Source: Spirochaetia bacterium
GTDB lineage: Bacteria; Spirochaetota; Spirochaetia; DSM-2461
Direction: 5' to 3'
Assembly (NCBI GenBank): GCA_963668315.1
Contig: OY764216.1
Location: forward strand, 3,328,001-3,392,000
DNA length: 64,000 bases
Below, piece by piece: positions 20,371 to 30,231 of the stretch. A model generated the notes under the pieces. It worked only from the letters and a program-made list of their open reading frames with translations. It made no database searches and was not told where the DNA came from. The translations under genes and the position numbers were made by a program. The first letter of the stretch is position 1, and each line of letters opens with the position of its first letter.

Positions 20371-21238
20371 TAAAGAGGTTTTAGATATTATGAATAATCA
20401 AAGAAATACGTTGAAAAATCTTTTTTCTAGTCTAATTGGAGTAATACGCTCTTTATATAAATTGTATCCTTTTTTTGTTTTAACAATTTTAATTATTGGT
20501 TTTTATTTCACTTTAGGAATTTCAAGGACAAATGTATATACAGCATTTTCTATTGTTATCATTCTTTTTGTATCAATATTAATATATGCAAGTTCAAAAA
20601 GGTTCGGAGAAGCTTCATTATCATTAGCAGCTGGTATTTTATCTGTCTTTTCAATTAATTGGAATCCTAAATTATTTATTGCTTTTTCAATCACTTGGCT
20701 TTGCTTTGCATGCTTTTCTATCATGATTGCATCAATTAGGATTGCATCCGAGGTTGAAAATATTATGAGAATGACAGCAATAAAAATTGATTCTAATAAT
20801 TACAAAAAGGTTGAAAAAAAATTAGAACAAATAAGGAAAAATAAAGCAAATTTGCTTGTTAGCCCAATCGAAGCATGCCGAGCTCAATTAATTCTTGCTT
20901 ATAATAATATTCCAATTTCTTCTTTTTCTACAGCAATGAATAGAATTGAACAGCTAAAGGTAATTACAGGATTAGAATATAAAATATGCACAAACTTTGT
21001 AATTGATCTTTTGAATTTATCAAAAGAAATATTGATTTTTAATCAATGTTTTGACAAATTCTTTATTCTCATAAGAGATTCACCATATGTTCCAAATGAA
21101 ATGTTTGTATTTATAAAAAGAACAAAATATTATGTTTTAAGCGGAGATTACACGTTGGATGAATATTTAAAAAAACTAAAAGATAAATTGATAAAAGGTT
21201 TTAATCTTGATGAACTAGAGAGAACATTAATGGATTAA
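20360..21238 (+). CDS. Membrane protein, ~4 N-terminal TM helices plus soluble C-domain (cassette 7)
   Basis: Hydrophobic N-terminal half; overlaps the DUF2971 gene; true start may be ATG 20390. Confidence 0.7.
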   Translation: MIYNKEVLDIMNNQRNTLKNLFSSLIGVIRSLYKLYPFFVLTILIIGFYFTLGISRTNVYTAFSIVIILFVSILIYASSKRFGEASLSLAAGILSVFSINWNPKLFIAFSITWLCFACFSIMIASIRIASEVENIMRMTAIKIDSNNYKKVEKKLEQIRKNKANLLVSPIEACRAQLILAYNNIPISSFSTAMNRIEQLKVITGLEYKICTNFVIDLLNLSKEILIFNQCFDKFFILIRDSPYVPNEMFVFIKRTKYYVLSGDYTLDEYLKKLKDKLIKGFNLDELERTLMD

Positions 21239-21245
21239 TGAATAC

Positions 21246-21343
21246 ATATAACAAAGTCTTGAAGCGGAATTAGCCACTTGTCACAGAAACTGCTTGCGCA
21301 TTTTCTGCGCCAATTGTCTAATCAGCTTAAGACGACGTTATAC
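21246..21343 (+). repeat. attC site 7
   Basis: AATACATATAAC complements GTTATATGTATT; GTCTTGAAGC / GCTTAAGAC stem; R' GTTATAC. Confidence 0.9.
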
Positions 21344-21358
21344 GGATAAGGGGTAAAT

Positions 21359-21982
21359 GTGGAATTAGAAATGGAAACAACAAATAGATTTATCGACTAT
21401 TTAATAATGCATGGATATCCCGAATCAAGTATTGCGGTTGAATATGAAATAGGAAAAAACACTCGTGTAGATATAGCCATATTAGATACAAAGACTAATC
21501 TCCCAATTCAACTTTTTGAGCTAAAGTCGAGAAAAAACCAACAAATGATTGAAATGGGAAAGAGACAAATTTCTAAATATAAACAGTTATTAGGAAATAA
21601 AAATATTCCTACATATCTAGTCTTTCCTGAATCTATAAAGCCATATTTTTCAATTCTAGATATTAGTGATACAGAAAATGAAAATACAATGTCTTCATTA
21701 AATTATAAAGGTCAAAAGAATTCCCGAATTGCTGAAGAAGTAAGAGAGATAAAGCATAAAAAAGAGCGGACTATAGATAATTTTAAAATTATATGTTGGA
21801 TTCTAGCAGTAATTGTTTTATTTATAGCGTTATTAAATAAATATTGTTCTTTTAATATTTCTGCAATTGATTTAACATTGCTTGGTTTAATTATTGGTTT
21901 AGTATTGATTCCCTTTGCAAGTAAACTAAAAATACTGGGAGTTGAATTTGAAAGACTAACTGAAACAGAAATTAAAGGTTAG
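21359..21982 (+). CDS. HsdR-N-like + 2 TM protein, paralog of 11457..12089 (cassette 8)
   Basis: HGYPESSIAVEY..RVDIAI..LFELKS; CWILA..; IPFASKLKILGVEFERL. Confidence 0.75.
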   Translation: MELEMETTNRFIDYLIMHGYPESSIAVEYEIGKNTRVDIAILDTKTNLPIQLFELKSRKNQQMIEMGKRQISKYKQLLGNKNIPTYLVFPESIKPYFSILDISDTENENTMSSLNYKGQKNSRIAEEVREIKHKKERTIDNFKIICWILAVIVLFIALLNKYCSFNISAIDLTLLGLIIGLVLIPFASKLKILGVEFERLTETEIKG

Positions 21983-21983
21983 A

Positions 21984-22030
21984 ATGAAAGAAAAAACTTG
22001 TTTTATAATAATGCCTATTACAACTCCAGA
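21984..22030 (+). pseudogene. Truncated second gene of cassette 8
   Basis: MKEKTCFIIMPITTP cut by the IS256 end. CFxIMP is a typical start of nucleoside-deoxyribosyltransferase/TIR-like proteins. Confidence 0.55.
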
Positions 22031-23378
22031 GATAGTGTCCAGCCATGTTCGCAACTTTCCTTTCAAGAAGCCATCAAAATTCCCCATTAGGCAGCCTGAC
22101 CTAATTTAATTCTTTGTTCATCAATCGATTTCTCACTGATATACCGTTTTCCCGAAGCCCAGTCTTCTGAGTATTCAATCAGGTAACAACAGACTAGTCT
22201 AAGGTAGGAGTCAATACTGGGAAAGATTCCCACAACACGAGATCGTCTACGGATTTCCCGATTCAATCGTTCCAGTTGATTGGTAGAAGCAGTTTTCCGG
22301 CTGTCTATTTCTGAGAATTCATAATACTGAAGAGAGTCTTCTAATCCGTCTTCAAGACAAGTCATGGACTTCGGAAATTGTTCTTCAAATTCCTCTATAA
22401 TTCGGTATGCATATTCACGGGCCGATTGGGAGTTCGGTTGATTCCAAATCTGCTTAATTCTGCCGGCAACAGCTTCTTTATCCCTGGCAGGAAGATGGGA
22501 CAGGATGTTCCTCATAAAATGGATTTTACAGCGTTGCCAGGAGCAACCGATGAGTTCCTTTCTTATGGCGGCTTGAAGTCCCAGATGGGCATCAGAGACA
22601 CAGAGCCAGGCATTTTTAAATCCTCTTGCTTTAAGAGACCTGAACAGTTCGGTATAAGTGCTTTCTGATTCTTCCTGCATTGGTTCAACAGCAAGGATTT
22701 CTTTGAATCCTTGTGAATTAACACCAGATACAACCATCACAGCCATATTTCTCACTCTTCCGTTATACCGGATCTTTTCATAGAGGGCATCAACCCAGAT
22801 GACAGGATATTCTGAATCAAGAGATCGATAGCGGAATTCATCTACCTGTTCATCAAGTCCCTTATTGATTTCAGAGACCTGGCTGGCTGAAATATTTTCA
22901 ATGCCCAGACTCATAGCCAATTTCTCAATCTTTCTGGTTGAAACACCGTTGATAAATGCTTCCTGGACAACCTGAATCAGAGCTTGCTCGGATCTCTTCT
23001 TTTCTGTTACAAAGAAGGGAATATATCCGCCTTTTCTGAGCTTGGGGACAAGGAGATACAGTGTTCCAAGACGAGTATCAAATCGGCGTGGTCGATATCC
23101 AGAAAAATGGGTGGATCTTCCCGTAGAATGAGACCCCTTTTGAGCTCCTACTTTATTCGCCGCTTCTATTTCCATAAGCTTTTCCAGTAGCCATTTCAAT
23201 AAGCTGAAAATGGGATCCGGTTCCGAAATGAATTGGAGTAGCATTTTTTCCAGATTACCATTATCATTTTCCTTAGCCATCGTTTTCTTCCTCCATGGTT
23301 TTAGTTGTGCATTACCATTCTGGAGAATTCGATGGCTTCTTTCAATAATTAAAATTGCGAACTTGATTGTACGCTATC
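22031..23378 (-). mobile_element. IS256-family element, type B copy 3, no target duplication
   Basis: Same ends and length; flanks ACTCCAGA and CATAAAGA differ. Confidence 0.95.
22087..23280 (-). CDS. IS256-family transposase
   Basis: Protein identical to 7875..9068. Confidence 0.95.
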   Translation of the reverse strand: MAKENDNGNLEKMLLQFISEPDPIFSLLKWLLEKLMEIEAANKVGAQKGSHSTGRSTHFSGYRPRRFDTRLGTLYLLVPKLRKGGYIPFFVTEKKRSEQALIQVVQEAFINGVSTRKIEKLAMSLGIENISASQVSEINKGLDEQVDEFRYRSLDSEYPVIWVDALYEKIRYNGRVRNMAVMVVSGVNSQGFKEILAVEPMQEESESTYTELFRSLKARGFKNAWLCVSDAHLGLQAAIRKELIGCSWQRCKIHFMRNILSHLPARDKEAVAGRIKQIWNQPNSQSAREYAYRIIEEFEEQFPKSMTCLEDGLEDSLQYYEFSEIDSRKTASTNQLERLNREIRRRSRVVGIFPSIDSYLRLVCCYLIEYSEDWASGKRYISEKSIDEQRIKLGQAA

Positions 23379-23797
23379 CATAAAGAGCCAGAGCATCCTT
23401 CAATGCTTCCATACAGAAATCGGCATCCAGCGTTGTTGAGAGCCTCCAGGAGAGCACTTTACGGCTATACACATCCAGGATAGCAACAAGGTAGGCAAAT
23501 CCCGTTTCCAACTTCAGGTAGGTGATATCGGAAACCCAAACCTGGTTGGGATATCTGATCTTTTTCTTCCGCAGCAAGTAGGGATAGACAGGGTGTTCCT
23601 TGTTGGGGATTGATGTGTATTTCTTAGGGCTTAAGGCTTTTAAACCCAAATCATTCATCAAACGCCTCATCCGTTTCGCCGATGTATTTCTGAAGCCCTC
23701 ATCGTTGTTGAATCACACATTATCCTGACCAAAACTTCCAGATTATTCTGGAATCCAAATTATTTTAACAGCTTCCCCGAAAGGGAAGCCATAAATC

Positions 23798-24103
23798 TTA
23801 GAACGGCAAACTTAACTGTCCGTCAAAATCCGCATCAGGATCAAGAGAAAGTTCATCCCACTCCTTCTCAAGTATCTCCTCAATTACCGGTACAGAGACC
23901 TTTCCATAATAGAGAGCTCTCTCACAGGCTGCCTCCATTCTCACCGGCGAGACCTTAAACGTCAGATCCAAAAACCGACTGACCTCTTCATATTTCTCAT
24001 GGCACCACCTACCCCACAACATATAGGCTACCTGCCTGGTTTTCTCCATGAAAAGATAAGTTTCAGGAGGAGTAAAGCGAAAAAAAGTTTTCCCATTATC
24101 CAT
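23798..24103 (-). CDS. Transposon accessory protein (QLSLPF end)
   Basis: Identical to 3817..4122. Confidence 0.7.
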   Translation of the reverse strand: MDNGKTFFRFTPPETYLFMEKTRQVAYMLWGRWCHEKYEEVSRFLDLTFKVSPVRMEAACERALYYGKVSVPVIEEILEKEWDELSLDPDADFDGQLSLPF

Positions 24104-24117
24104 ACGGCTTCCTCCTG

Positions 24118-24921
24118 TTAGATGATTTCGGTCTGAGCGATGCGAACATGTTCCGCGGAAACGAGCTGACTTTTTTCTTTCGCCGCCGCCATCATAGCTC
24201 CCCTGGCGATGGTGTTAGCCCGTCTTAGAAGTCCTCCCGATGTTTGATGGATAGCAAGAATGGCTTCATCTGCGAATAGGGGCTTCTCCATCCCGGCCAG
24301 ATGAAGATGATGTTCCAGGTATCCTTTCATATGCTTCAGATTCAGACTGTCCAAATGGGAGCGCCCCACGATACGCGATGCCAGGGGTTTGGCGGAAATA
24401 GCCATGAGTTTGTCTATGAGCCCGTCCTGCCCGCAGAGAATTATGGGCATAATCGGGTTTGAATCAAAATCAAACTGACAGAGAGTATGAAGCTGGTTGA
24501 AGACCTTGGACTTAAGAAGATGGGCTTCATCTATAACGAGAATGGGGACTTTTTTCTTTGAAGCAATGTCTTTTATGATATCCCGGACATTTTTCATCGC
24601 GATAGCCAGCTGAAATGAACGGTACTCCTCCCCAAACTCCATAAGAAACTGCCGTAAAAGCTCCATCATACTGCCCGATGTAGCGACCAGCGAGATAATC
24701 TTGTACTTCCCCGGGTGGAACTTACTACACGCCAATCTCAGAGATGTGGATTTCCCGGATCCTACTTCCCCAGTGATGAGAGAGATAGCTCCCAGCTTTA
24801 CGGCGTATTCAAATCTGTCCAAAAGGGGCGGTAGTCCAGGCAGCATATAGAGATCATCCAATTTGATTTTCTGAGAATAGGGCTCCTGTGTTAATCCGTA
24901 AAAATGCTTTATATCAATCAT
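24118..24921 (-). CDS. AAA+ transposition ATPase
   Basis: Identical to 4137..4940. Confidence 0.9.
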   Translation of the reverse strand: MIDIKHFYGLTQEPYSQKIKLDDLYMLPGLPPLLDRFEYAVKLGAISLITGEVGSGKSTSLRLACSKFHPGKYKIISLVATSGSMMELLRQFLMEFGEEYRSFQLAIAMKNVRDIIKDIASKKKVPILVIDEAHLLKSKVFNQLHTLCQFDFDSNPIMPIILCGQDGLIDKLMAISAKPLASRIVGRSHLDSLNLKHMKGYLEHHLHLAGMEKPLFADEAILAIHQTSGGLLRRANTIARGAMMAAAKEKSQLVSAEHVRIAQTEII

Positions 24922-26203
24922 CGTTTTCTTCCTCCGAGAATAGTTGTCCGCCGCTATAGGGATTGGAATTCAGATCAGCTTGAATCTCTGAACGTTTGAC
25001 CTGGCTATTGATATGCACGTCCATAGGTTTAAGAAATCCTCTGGATTTATCGGCAATAAAGATTTCTACCCGGCTCATATCCGATTCATCGTAAGAGAGG
25101 TAGACCTTCTGCCCTGCCAGACCGATGGGTGCCTGGTATAGTTTTCCCTCGATACTGACCGATCTGTCATTGGTTACCGTTCTGAGCAGTCTCTTACGAA
25201 AATAATCATTCAGATTCTCCGGAGCCGATCGAAGAAGGGTTAGTGATTTCAAATAACGGTCCAGAGGTTTCTCCCGGATTGAAGAGTGTTTCCTAATATG
25301 ATAATTCTCATCAATGAAAGCAGCGAGATGCCCGTTCAATTCCTCCAATGTCAGTTCTTCCGGAAGGGCTTGAAGAACCTCCATCCTGACCGTCCTGTTA
25401 AATCTTTCGATTTTCCCTTTCCCTTGAGGGCGGTAGGGCTTCGCATACGTCAGAACAATCCCCAGAGAAGCGCAACCGTATTGAAGCTTATGGGATTTGA
25501 AATAAGCGCCGTTGTCCGTGTAGAGTTTACGGGGAAGGCCACGCTTAACCAGGGCTTTCTTCATACAGTCGATAAAATTGTCCACATTCTCCCGTAGATA
25601 GAACTGGGCATGGGGAATAAGACGGGAATGATCGTCGATGATGGCGAACATATAGGATTTTCTACGGCGGCCCTCATGAATGACATAAGGACCGTGCATA
25701 CAGTCCGATTGCCAGAGGTCATTGGGAAACTCCACTTCGAACTTCAACATATCTTCCTTCTGCTTCCTCTCCTTACCCAGTCCATGTTTTTTCAGAATTC
25801 TATAGATGGATTGGGAGGAGGCGTTGAAGTCGGGAGGAAGTACATTTCTTTGCCGGGCCAGCCTCATCAAGACGGGAACGGATGCCTTCATAAAATCCTT
25901 TCTCAGATTAATGAAGGCCAGTTCTGTTTCCCTGTCCATAATGCGGCATCCGCCCTGGTCCCCCCGGCTTTTGGGATGCAGACTCTCTATTTGCCGACCG
26001 CTGGATTCATACTTTCTGAGCCAACTGAGGATAGTCGCGCGGCTGATATAGGTACGGGTGGAAAAAGGGATATTCCACTCCCTAGCCGTCAATTTATCAA
26101 GGACATCCCTTTGCATACCCCAATCTTCTCTGCTCAGATCCAGTAAAGGATAGATCACAGAAAACCGGAAGGCGGCTACTTTTTCTCGTTCTTCTTTGGT
26201 CAT
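24914..26203 (-). CDS. DDE transposase
   Basis: Identical to 4933..6222. Confidence 0.92.
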   Translation of the reverse strand: MTKEEREKVAAFRFSVIYPLLDLSREDWGMQRDVLDKLTAREWNIPFSTRTYISRATILSWLRKYESSGRQIESLHPKSRGDQGGCRIMDRETELAFINLRKDFMKASVPVLMRLARQRNVLPPDFNASSQSIYRILKKHGLGKERKQKEDMLKFEVEFPNDLWQSDCMHGPYVIHEGRRRKSYMFAIIDDHSRLIPHAQFYLRENVDNFIDCMKKALVKRGLPRKLYTDNGAYFKSHKLQYGCASLGIVLTYAKPYRPQGKGKIERFNRTVRMEVLQALPEELTLEELNGHLAAFIDENYHIRKHSSIREKPLDRYLKSLTLLRSAPENLNDYFRKRLLRTVTNDRSVSIEGKLYQAPIGLAGQKVYLSYDESDMSRVEIFIADKSRGFLKPMDVHINSQVKRSEIQADLNSNPYSGGQLFSEEENDD

Positions 26204-26231
26204 AAAACCTCCTAAAACGTTTTATTTCCAT

Positions 26232-26720
26232 TTAAGGCGGTATTTTATTAGTTGTCACTGCAAAGCTAAGGTAGGTCATGCAGAGAGCTACCGATTTCAC
26301 ATCATGATTTATCGAATGTGAGGGGAAGCAGAACCGATTCTGAACGCTGTCTGAAAGGAAAAGGGAGAGATCAAAATTCAGTCCCTGAATAGCAGCTTGT
26401 TTCATCAGTCCCCGATACCAGTATTGCTGCCTTTGACGGCTGAAGGATGTGAACCAGGTATGGGATTCTAACTTATGAGAAAGGCTTCGATAAATTTCTG
26501 TAGCGGTTGATTGAAACCTGGGGAAATATGCAACAGGCCTGGCCGTATGTACCGCTCCGCACTCGGGACAGCGGAATCTTTTGAGGTAGAGTCCTTCCGG
26601 AAATTCGTCGAAATAACGCAGTACATAACCATGCCCCCAGATCCTGAAACTTTGGCAGGAAGGACATCTTCTTGGTTTCCTCCAGACATAATTCTTATGT
26701 TTCTCTTTAAGGACAGCCAA
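26232..26720 (-). CDS. Zinc-ribbon accessory protein (DUF6431-like)
   Basis: Identical to 6251..6739. Confidence 0.7.
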   Translation of the reverse strand: MAVLKEKHKNYVWRKPRRCPSCQSFRIWGHGYVLRYFDEFPEGLYLKRFRCPECGAVHTARPVAYFPRFQSTATEIYRSLSHKLESHTWFTSFSRQRQQYWYRGLMKQAAIQGLNFDLSLFLSDSVQNRFCFPSHSINHDVKSVALCMTYLSFAVTTNKIPP

Positions 26721-26990
26721 ATCCGTCCGAAAATAAATTATGATTTATGGGTTGGGATAGCCGTTCTTGCAGGAACAATAGGCTATCCCTTTTTTATCGA
26801 TAATTTATTTTGTGAAAATGAAGTATAAAAATATTTTATTGTGGAATATTGATAGAATAATCTGATAGATTAATGTTGGATTCTACAATCGTAGAGTTCT
26901 CGCCACATTCTACGGTATCCATAAAAGGGAATCTCAAGAAACTTCTTTTTCAATGCGATCTTTTCTTCAACATCCTCCCTTCTTTCTGGT

Positions 26991-28290
26991 GATAGAGCAA
27001 CCCCTTTGTCTGTAAAATCAAAAAAGTTAATCAGTCTCCATATTTAAATACCGCTTACCTGTGAACCATTGTTCATCTATTTCCATTAACAGAGCGGAAA
27101 CCAATCTATCGACAGATTCCTTATTTGGAAATATCATAGCCACCTTCGTTCTTCTTTTAATTTCCCTCATCTGACGTTCTGCCAGATTTGAAGTCCTTAA
27201 CCTTCTCCAATGTGACTTTGGCATTTTAAAGATCGTGAGTGCTTCAGGAACATTCTGATCCATCCAACTGCTTAGTTCTGGCGCAGTTTTCTCATACTTC
27301 TTCACCGCCATAGAAAGAAAACGGTTAGCCTCCTCTCCATTGGGAGCGTTAAAAATGGTTCTTATATCCTCCGCGACCTCTTTATCCATACTTTTCTTTG
27401 GCACATGATGTCCCGCATTCTGTTGCAGATGGAACTGGCACCGCTGCCAGGGAACTGTTGGAAAAACCGATTCTATTGCTGATCTCAGGCCGCTATGAGC
27501 ATCGGAAGTTATCATCTTCACGCCATGGAGCCCCCGATCTACCAGACCGGAAAGAAAACCTCTCCAGTGTACATCGGCCTCACTGAGTTCTGTAGAAATA
27601 CCCAATACTCGTCTCATCCCATTATTATCAACACCATAGGCAATTAGAACGGCTGCAGAAACAACAGTTCTATTCACTCGAGCCTTCTCATAAGTGGCGT
27701 CAACGACAAGATAAGGAAAAGCTCCCAGAGGACGATTACGCCATTTGGTGATCTCTTCATCAAGGAGAGCTGCCGCTTCTGAAACCTGGGATTGGGAAAC
27801 TTCGAAGCCGCAGAGCTGTTCTACAATTTTGGTTACTCTGCGAGTTGATACCCCCTGGATATACATCTGAGCTATTGCCATTTTCAACGCCCTTTCGCTG
27901 CGGCACCCTTTTTCAATGCTGCCAGGATAGAATTCCATCCCACGGACCTGCGGAATCTCGATAGGGATCTCACCTACACGAGTTCGAATCTTCCTGCTTT
28001 TGTACCCGTTTCTATGGCCAATGCGATCGTCATTCCGTTCATAATGACTGGCTTGGATTGCCTTCTCTTGCTCTAACCGCATAGATAAATTCATTATTGA
28101 ACTTATGACCTTTGTTAATCCTTCTCTATTATCTGCCTGGAGGTCTTCAATCATTTGATCGAAAACGGTATAGTAATCCTCGTTAGTCATGATGCCTTCT
28201 TTTGTTTTTGGTCGAACTAATCGAAGACTGATTGGCTAACTTTTTCAAGCCCCCTTTATTTCTAATTTACAGACACTATTGTACACTATC
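26991..28290 (-). mobile_element. IS256-family element, type A copy 2 (1300 bp)
   Basis: Same left IR as 2282; flanks TTTCTGGT / TATCTGGT (7 of 8 match). Confidence 0.93.
27027..28190 (-). CDS. IS256-family transposase
   Basis: Close paralog of 2382..3545. Confidence 0.95.
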   Translation of the reverse strand: MTNEDYYTVFDQMIEDLQADNREGLTKVISSIMNLSMRLEQEKAIQASHYERNDDRIGHRNGYKSRKIRTRVGEIPIEIPQVRGMEFYPGSIEKGCRSERALKMAIAQMYIQGVSTRRVTKIVEQLCGFEVSQSQVSEAAALLDEEITKWRNRPLGAFPYLVVDATYEKARVNRTVVSAAVLIAYGVDNNGMRRVLGISTELSEADVHWRGFLSGLVDRGLHGVKMITSDAHSGLRSAIESVFPTVPWQRCQFHLQQNAGHHVPKKSMDKEVAEDIRTIFNAPNGEEANRFLSMAVKKYEKTAPELSSWMDQNVPEALTIFKMPKSHWRRLRTSNLAERQMREIKRRTKVAMIFPNKESVDRLVSALLMEIDEQWFTGKRYLNMETD

Positions 28291-28380
28291 TATCTGGTTT
28301 AGGATTATAGTAATAAGAAGATCTGCTGATCTTCAGTAATTGGCATTGCCGAGATAGCGATATTTTCGGCTCATTCGGAT

Positions 28381-28686
28381 CTAGGGTTCGTACTCCTTTC
28401 CATGCAGTTGTTTGTACTTTTTTTTTAACCACTCGTTTTCGTATTTCTCTTTGCCAAGCTGCTTATAGAGCTCCTGTTCCCTTTTCTTCATTTCCTCCAT
28501 CTCTTTATCCTTTTTATTTTTCCGGACGAAGAGAGAACTGGCATTTTCCAGGAGCTGCTTTTTCCAGGCACTGATCTGATTAGGATGAACTTCATATTCT
28601 TCAGCCAGTTCCTGTAAGGTCTTTTCTTCCTTGATCGCTTCCAGAGCTACCTTTGCCTTAAACTCATCATCAAATTTTCTTCTCAT
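28381..28686 (-). CDS. IS3-family OrfA
   Basis: [41 protein letters not shown]. Confidence 0.92.
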   Translation of the reverse strand: MRRKFDDEFKAKVALEAIKEEKTLQELAEEYEVHPNQISAWKKQLLENASSLFVRKNKKDKEMEEMKKREQELYKQLGKEKYENEWLKKKYKQLHGKEYEP

Positions 28687-28770
28687 GCTATTCCTCGCTT
28701 TCTATGATATCATAAAGCAAGGATTACACCTTAATTTTAAATCAGAATTGTCTGAATCTTGGGCTCATCA

Positions 28771-29943
28771 TACTCAGGGAAGCAAAGCTTCAGTAAGCTC
28801 TGTAGGGATTTCAACATTGCCCGTACCACCGGCTATCATTATGTTGAGAAATACAAGAAATGGGGAATGGAAGGGCTGGCCAATCGCTCTACCAGGCCCC
28901 ATACCTCGCCGACGCAAACTCCCCAGCAAATAGTCGATAGAATCATCCAATTAAGAACAACAGGCCATACGAAAGGCTGGGGAGGGAAGAAGATTCTCTG
29001 GCAGCTTGAGCAGGATGGAGTGTATAAAGATTTGCCTGCCGTTTCTACCATAAATCTCATCCTCCGACGAAACGATCTTATACCGGAAAGGAAAAAAAGA
29101 AGTCGGGTGGAACCACGAAGACCGATCTTCGATCCCCATGAACCTAATGAAGTCTGGAGTGCCGATTTTAAGGGTCAGTTCAGATTGAAGAATGGAGAGG
29201 TCTGTTATCCCTTGACCATATGCGATAGCAAAACACGAATGATACTTGCGATAAAAGGACTCCGTAAACCCGATTTTGAGGGAACTAGAGCTGCTTTCAG
29301 ACGTGTATTCAAAGAGTATGGACTTCCCAAGCAGTTGCATACAGACAATGGAACACCCTTTGGAAACATCAGAGCAATAGGTCGTTTGACCAGGTTTGGA
29401 GTCTGGCTCATGGATCTTGGAATAGAGCCGATTTTCTCTGATCCGGGTCACCCAGAACAGAACGGAAGGCATGAGAGAATGCATCGGGATCTTAAGTCTG
29501 CCGCCTGTCGTAATCCCAGTAAGAACCTTCAATCGCAGCAGGTCCGGTTTAATAACTTCAAGAAGAATTACAACGAGAATCGTCCCCATGAATCCTTGAA
29601 TATGAGCACTCCCGCTCAGGTGTTTAGCAAATCTAAGATAACTTACAAGGATAAAATTGATGAATGGCTTTATGCCAAAACCTATATGGTAAAGTATATT
29701 TGTGGTAACGGAATCATCCGGGTTGGTAAGGATGGAGCTATCTTTGTCAGATCGGCTTTGAAAGGGAAAAAAGTTGGATTGGAACCGCTGGGGAATGAAA
29801 TTTACAGACTCTATTACCGTGATTTTCTTTTGAGATATATAGATTGGAATAATTATAAGGCGTATGATATTAATGACAGAAGCTATGGATCAGAACTGTA
29901 TACCAAGTCCTAATCTATCTGTAGGGGAAGTCTCGTTTGCACA
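28771..29943 (+). pseudogene. 5'-truncated IS481-family element (target of the IS3 insertion)
   Basis: HTH LCRDFNIARTTGY, WSADFKG, HTDNG, PEQNGRHER; stop at 29913. Native start replaced by the IS3 end. Confidence 0.85.
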
Positions 29944-30231
29944 GGAAGAAAAACTTTAATTAATTCGTATTTTTCATGAAGAAATTATTATAATGGACTA
30001 AGCAGAGATGGACAACAATCAACTTGATTTTTCATACTATAAAAAAAAATGTACGTTGACAAAACAATAAATTTAATTTAAATAGATATTGATATCTATT
30101 GATTTAGAAGTTAATAATATATTCCATGAAAACAATCCTTTATTAATTTCATTTAGACAATCTGAAGATATTTTTATTCTCTAATTAATCAATGAAAAAC
30201 ATTGATAATATAGTTTTAAGGAGCTTTTTCA

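Larger units (their letters stand above)
10391..22030 (+). mobile_element. Integron cassette array lacking an integrase (CALIN): 7 attC sites, 8 cassettes
   Basis: Same-strand AT-rich ORFs separated by ~96-109 bp imperfect palindromes. For attC 2-7, each R'' is the reverse complement of the preceding site's R'. No intI in the window. Confidence 0.9.
23706..26887 (-). mobile_element. 3182-bp transposon, copy 2
   Basis: Same ends, length and proteins as copy 1; 5-bp duplication ATCGT at 23701-23705 and 26888-26892. Confidence 0.95.
23379..28770 (-). mobile_element. IS3-family element, interrupted twice and 3'-truncated
   Basis: orfA 28381..28686; A9G slippery run; OrfB pieces at ~28291-28420 (SRQCQLLKISRSSYYY), 26888-26990 (PFYGYRRM) and 23379-23705 (PNQVWVSDITY..DVYSRKVLSW). 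Confidence 0.88.

Noticed and set aside
11313..21343. Spaced repeats as a CRISPR array or terminators
   Set aside because: About 100 bp long, variable, separated by whole genes, with attC-type AAC/GTT ends and no U-tails. No CRISPR array or cas genes seen in the window.
28759..28770. TTG start of the 384-aa IS481 ORF
   Set aside because: Lies inside the IS3 terminal sequence; the native start is lost.
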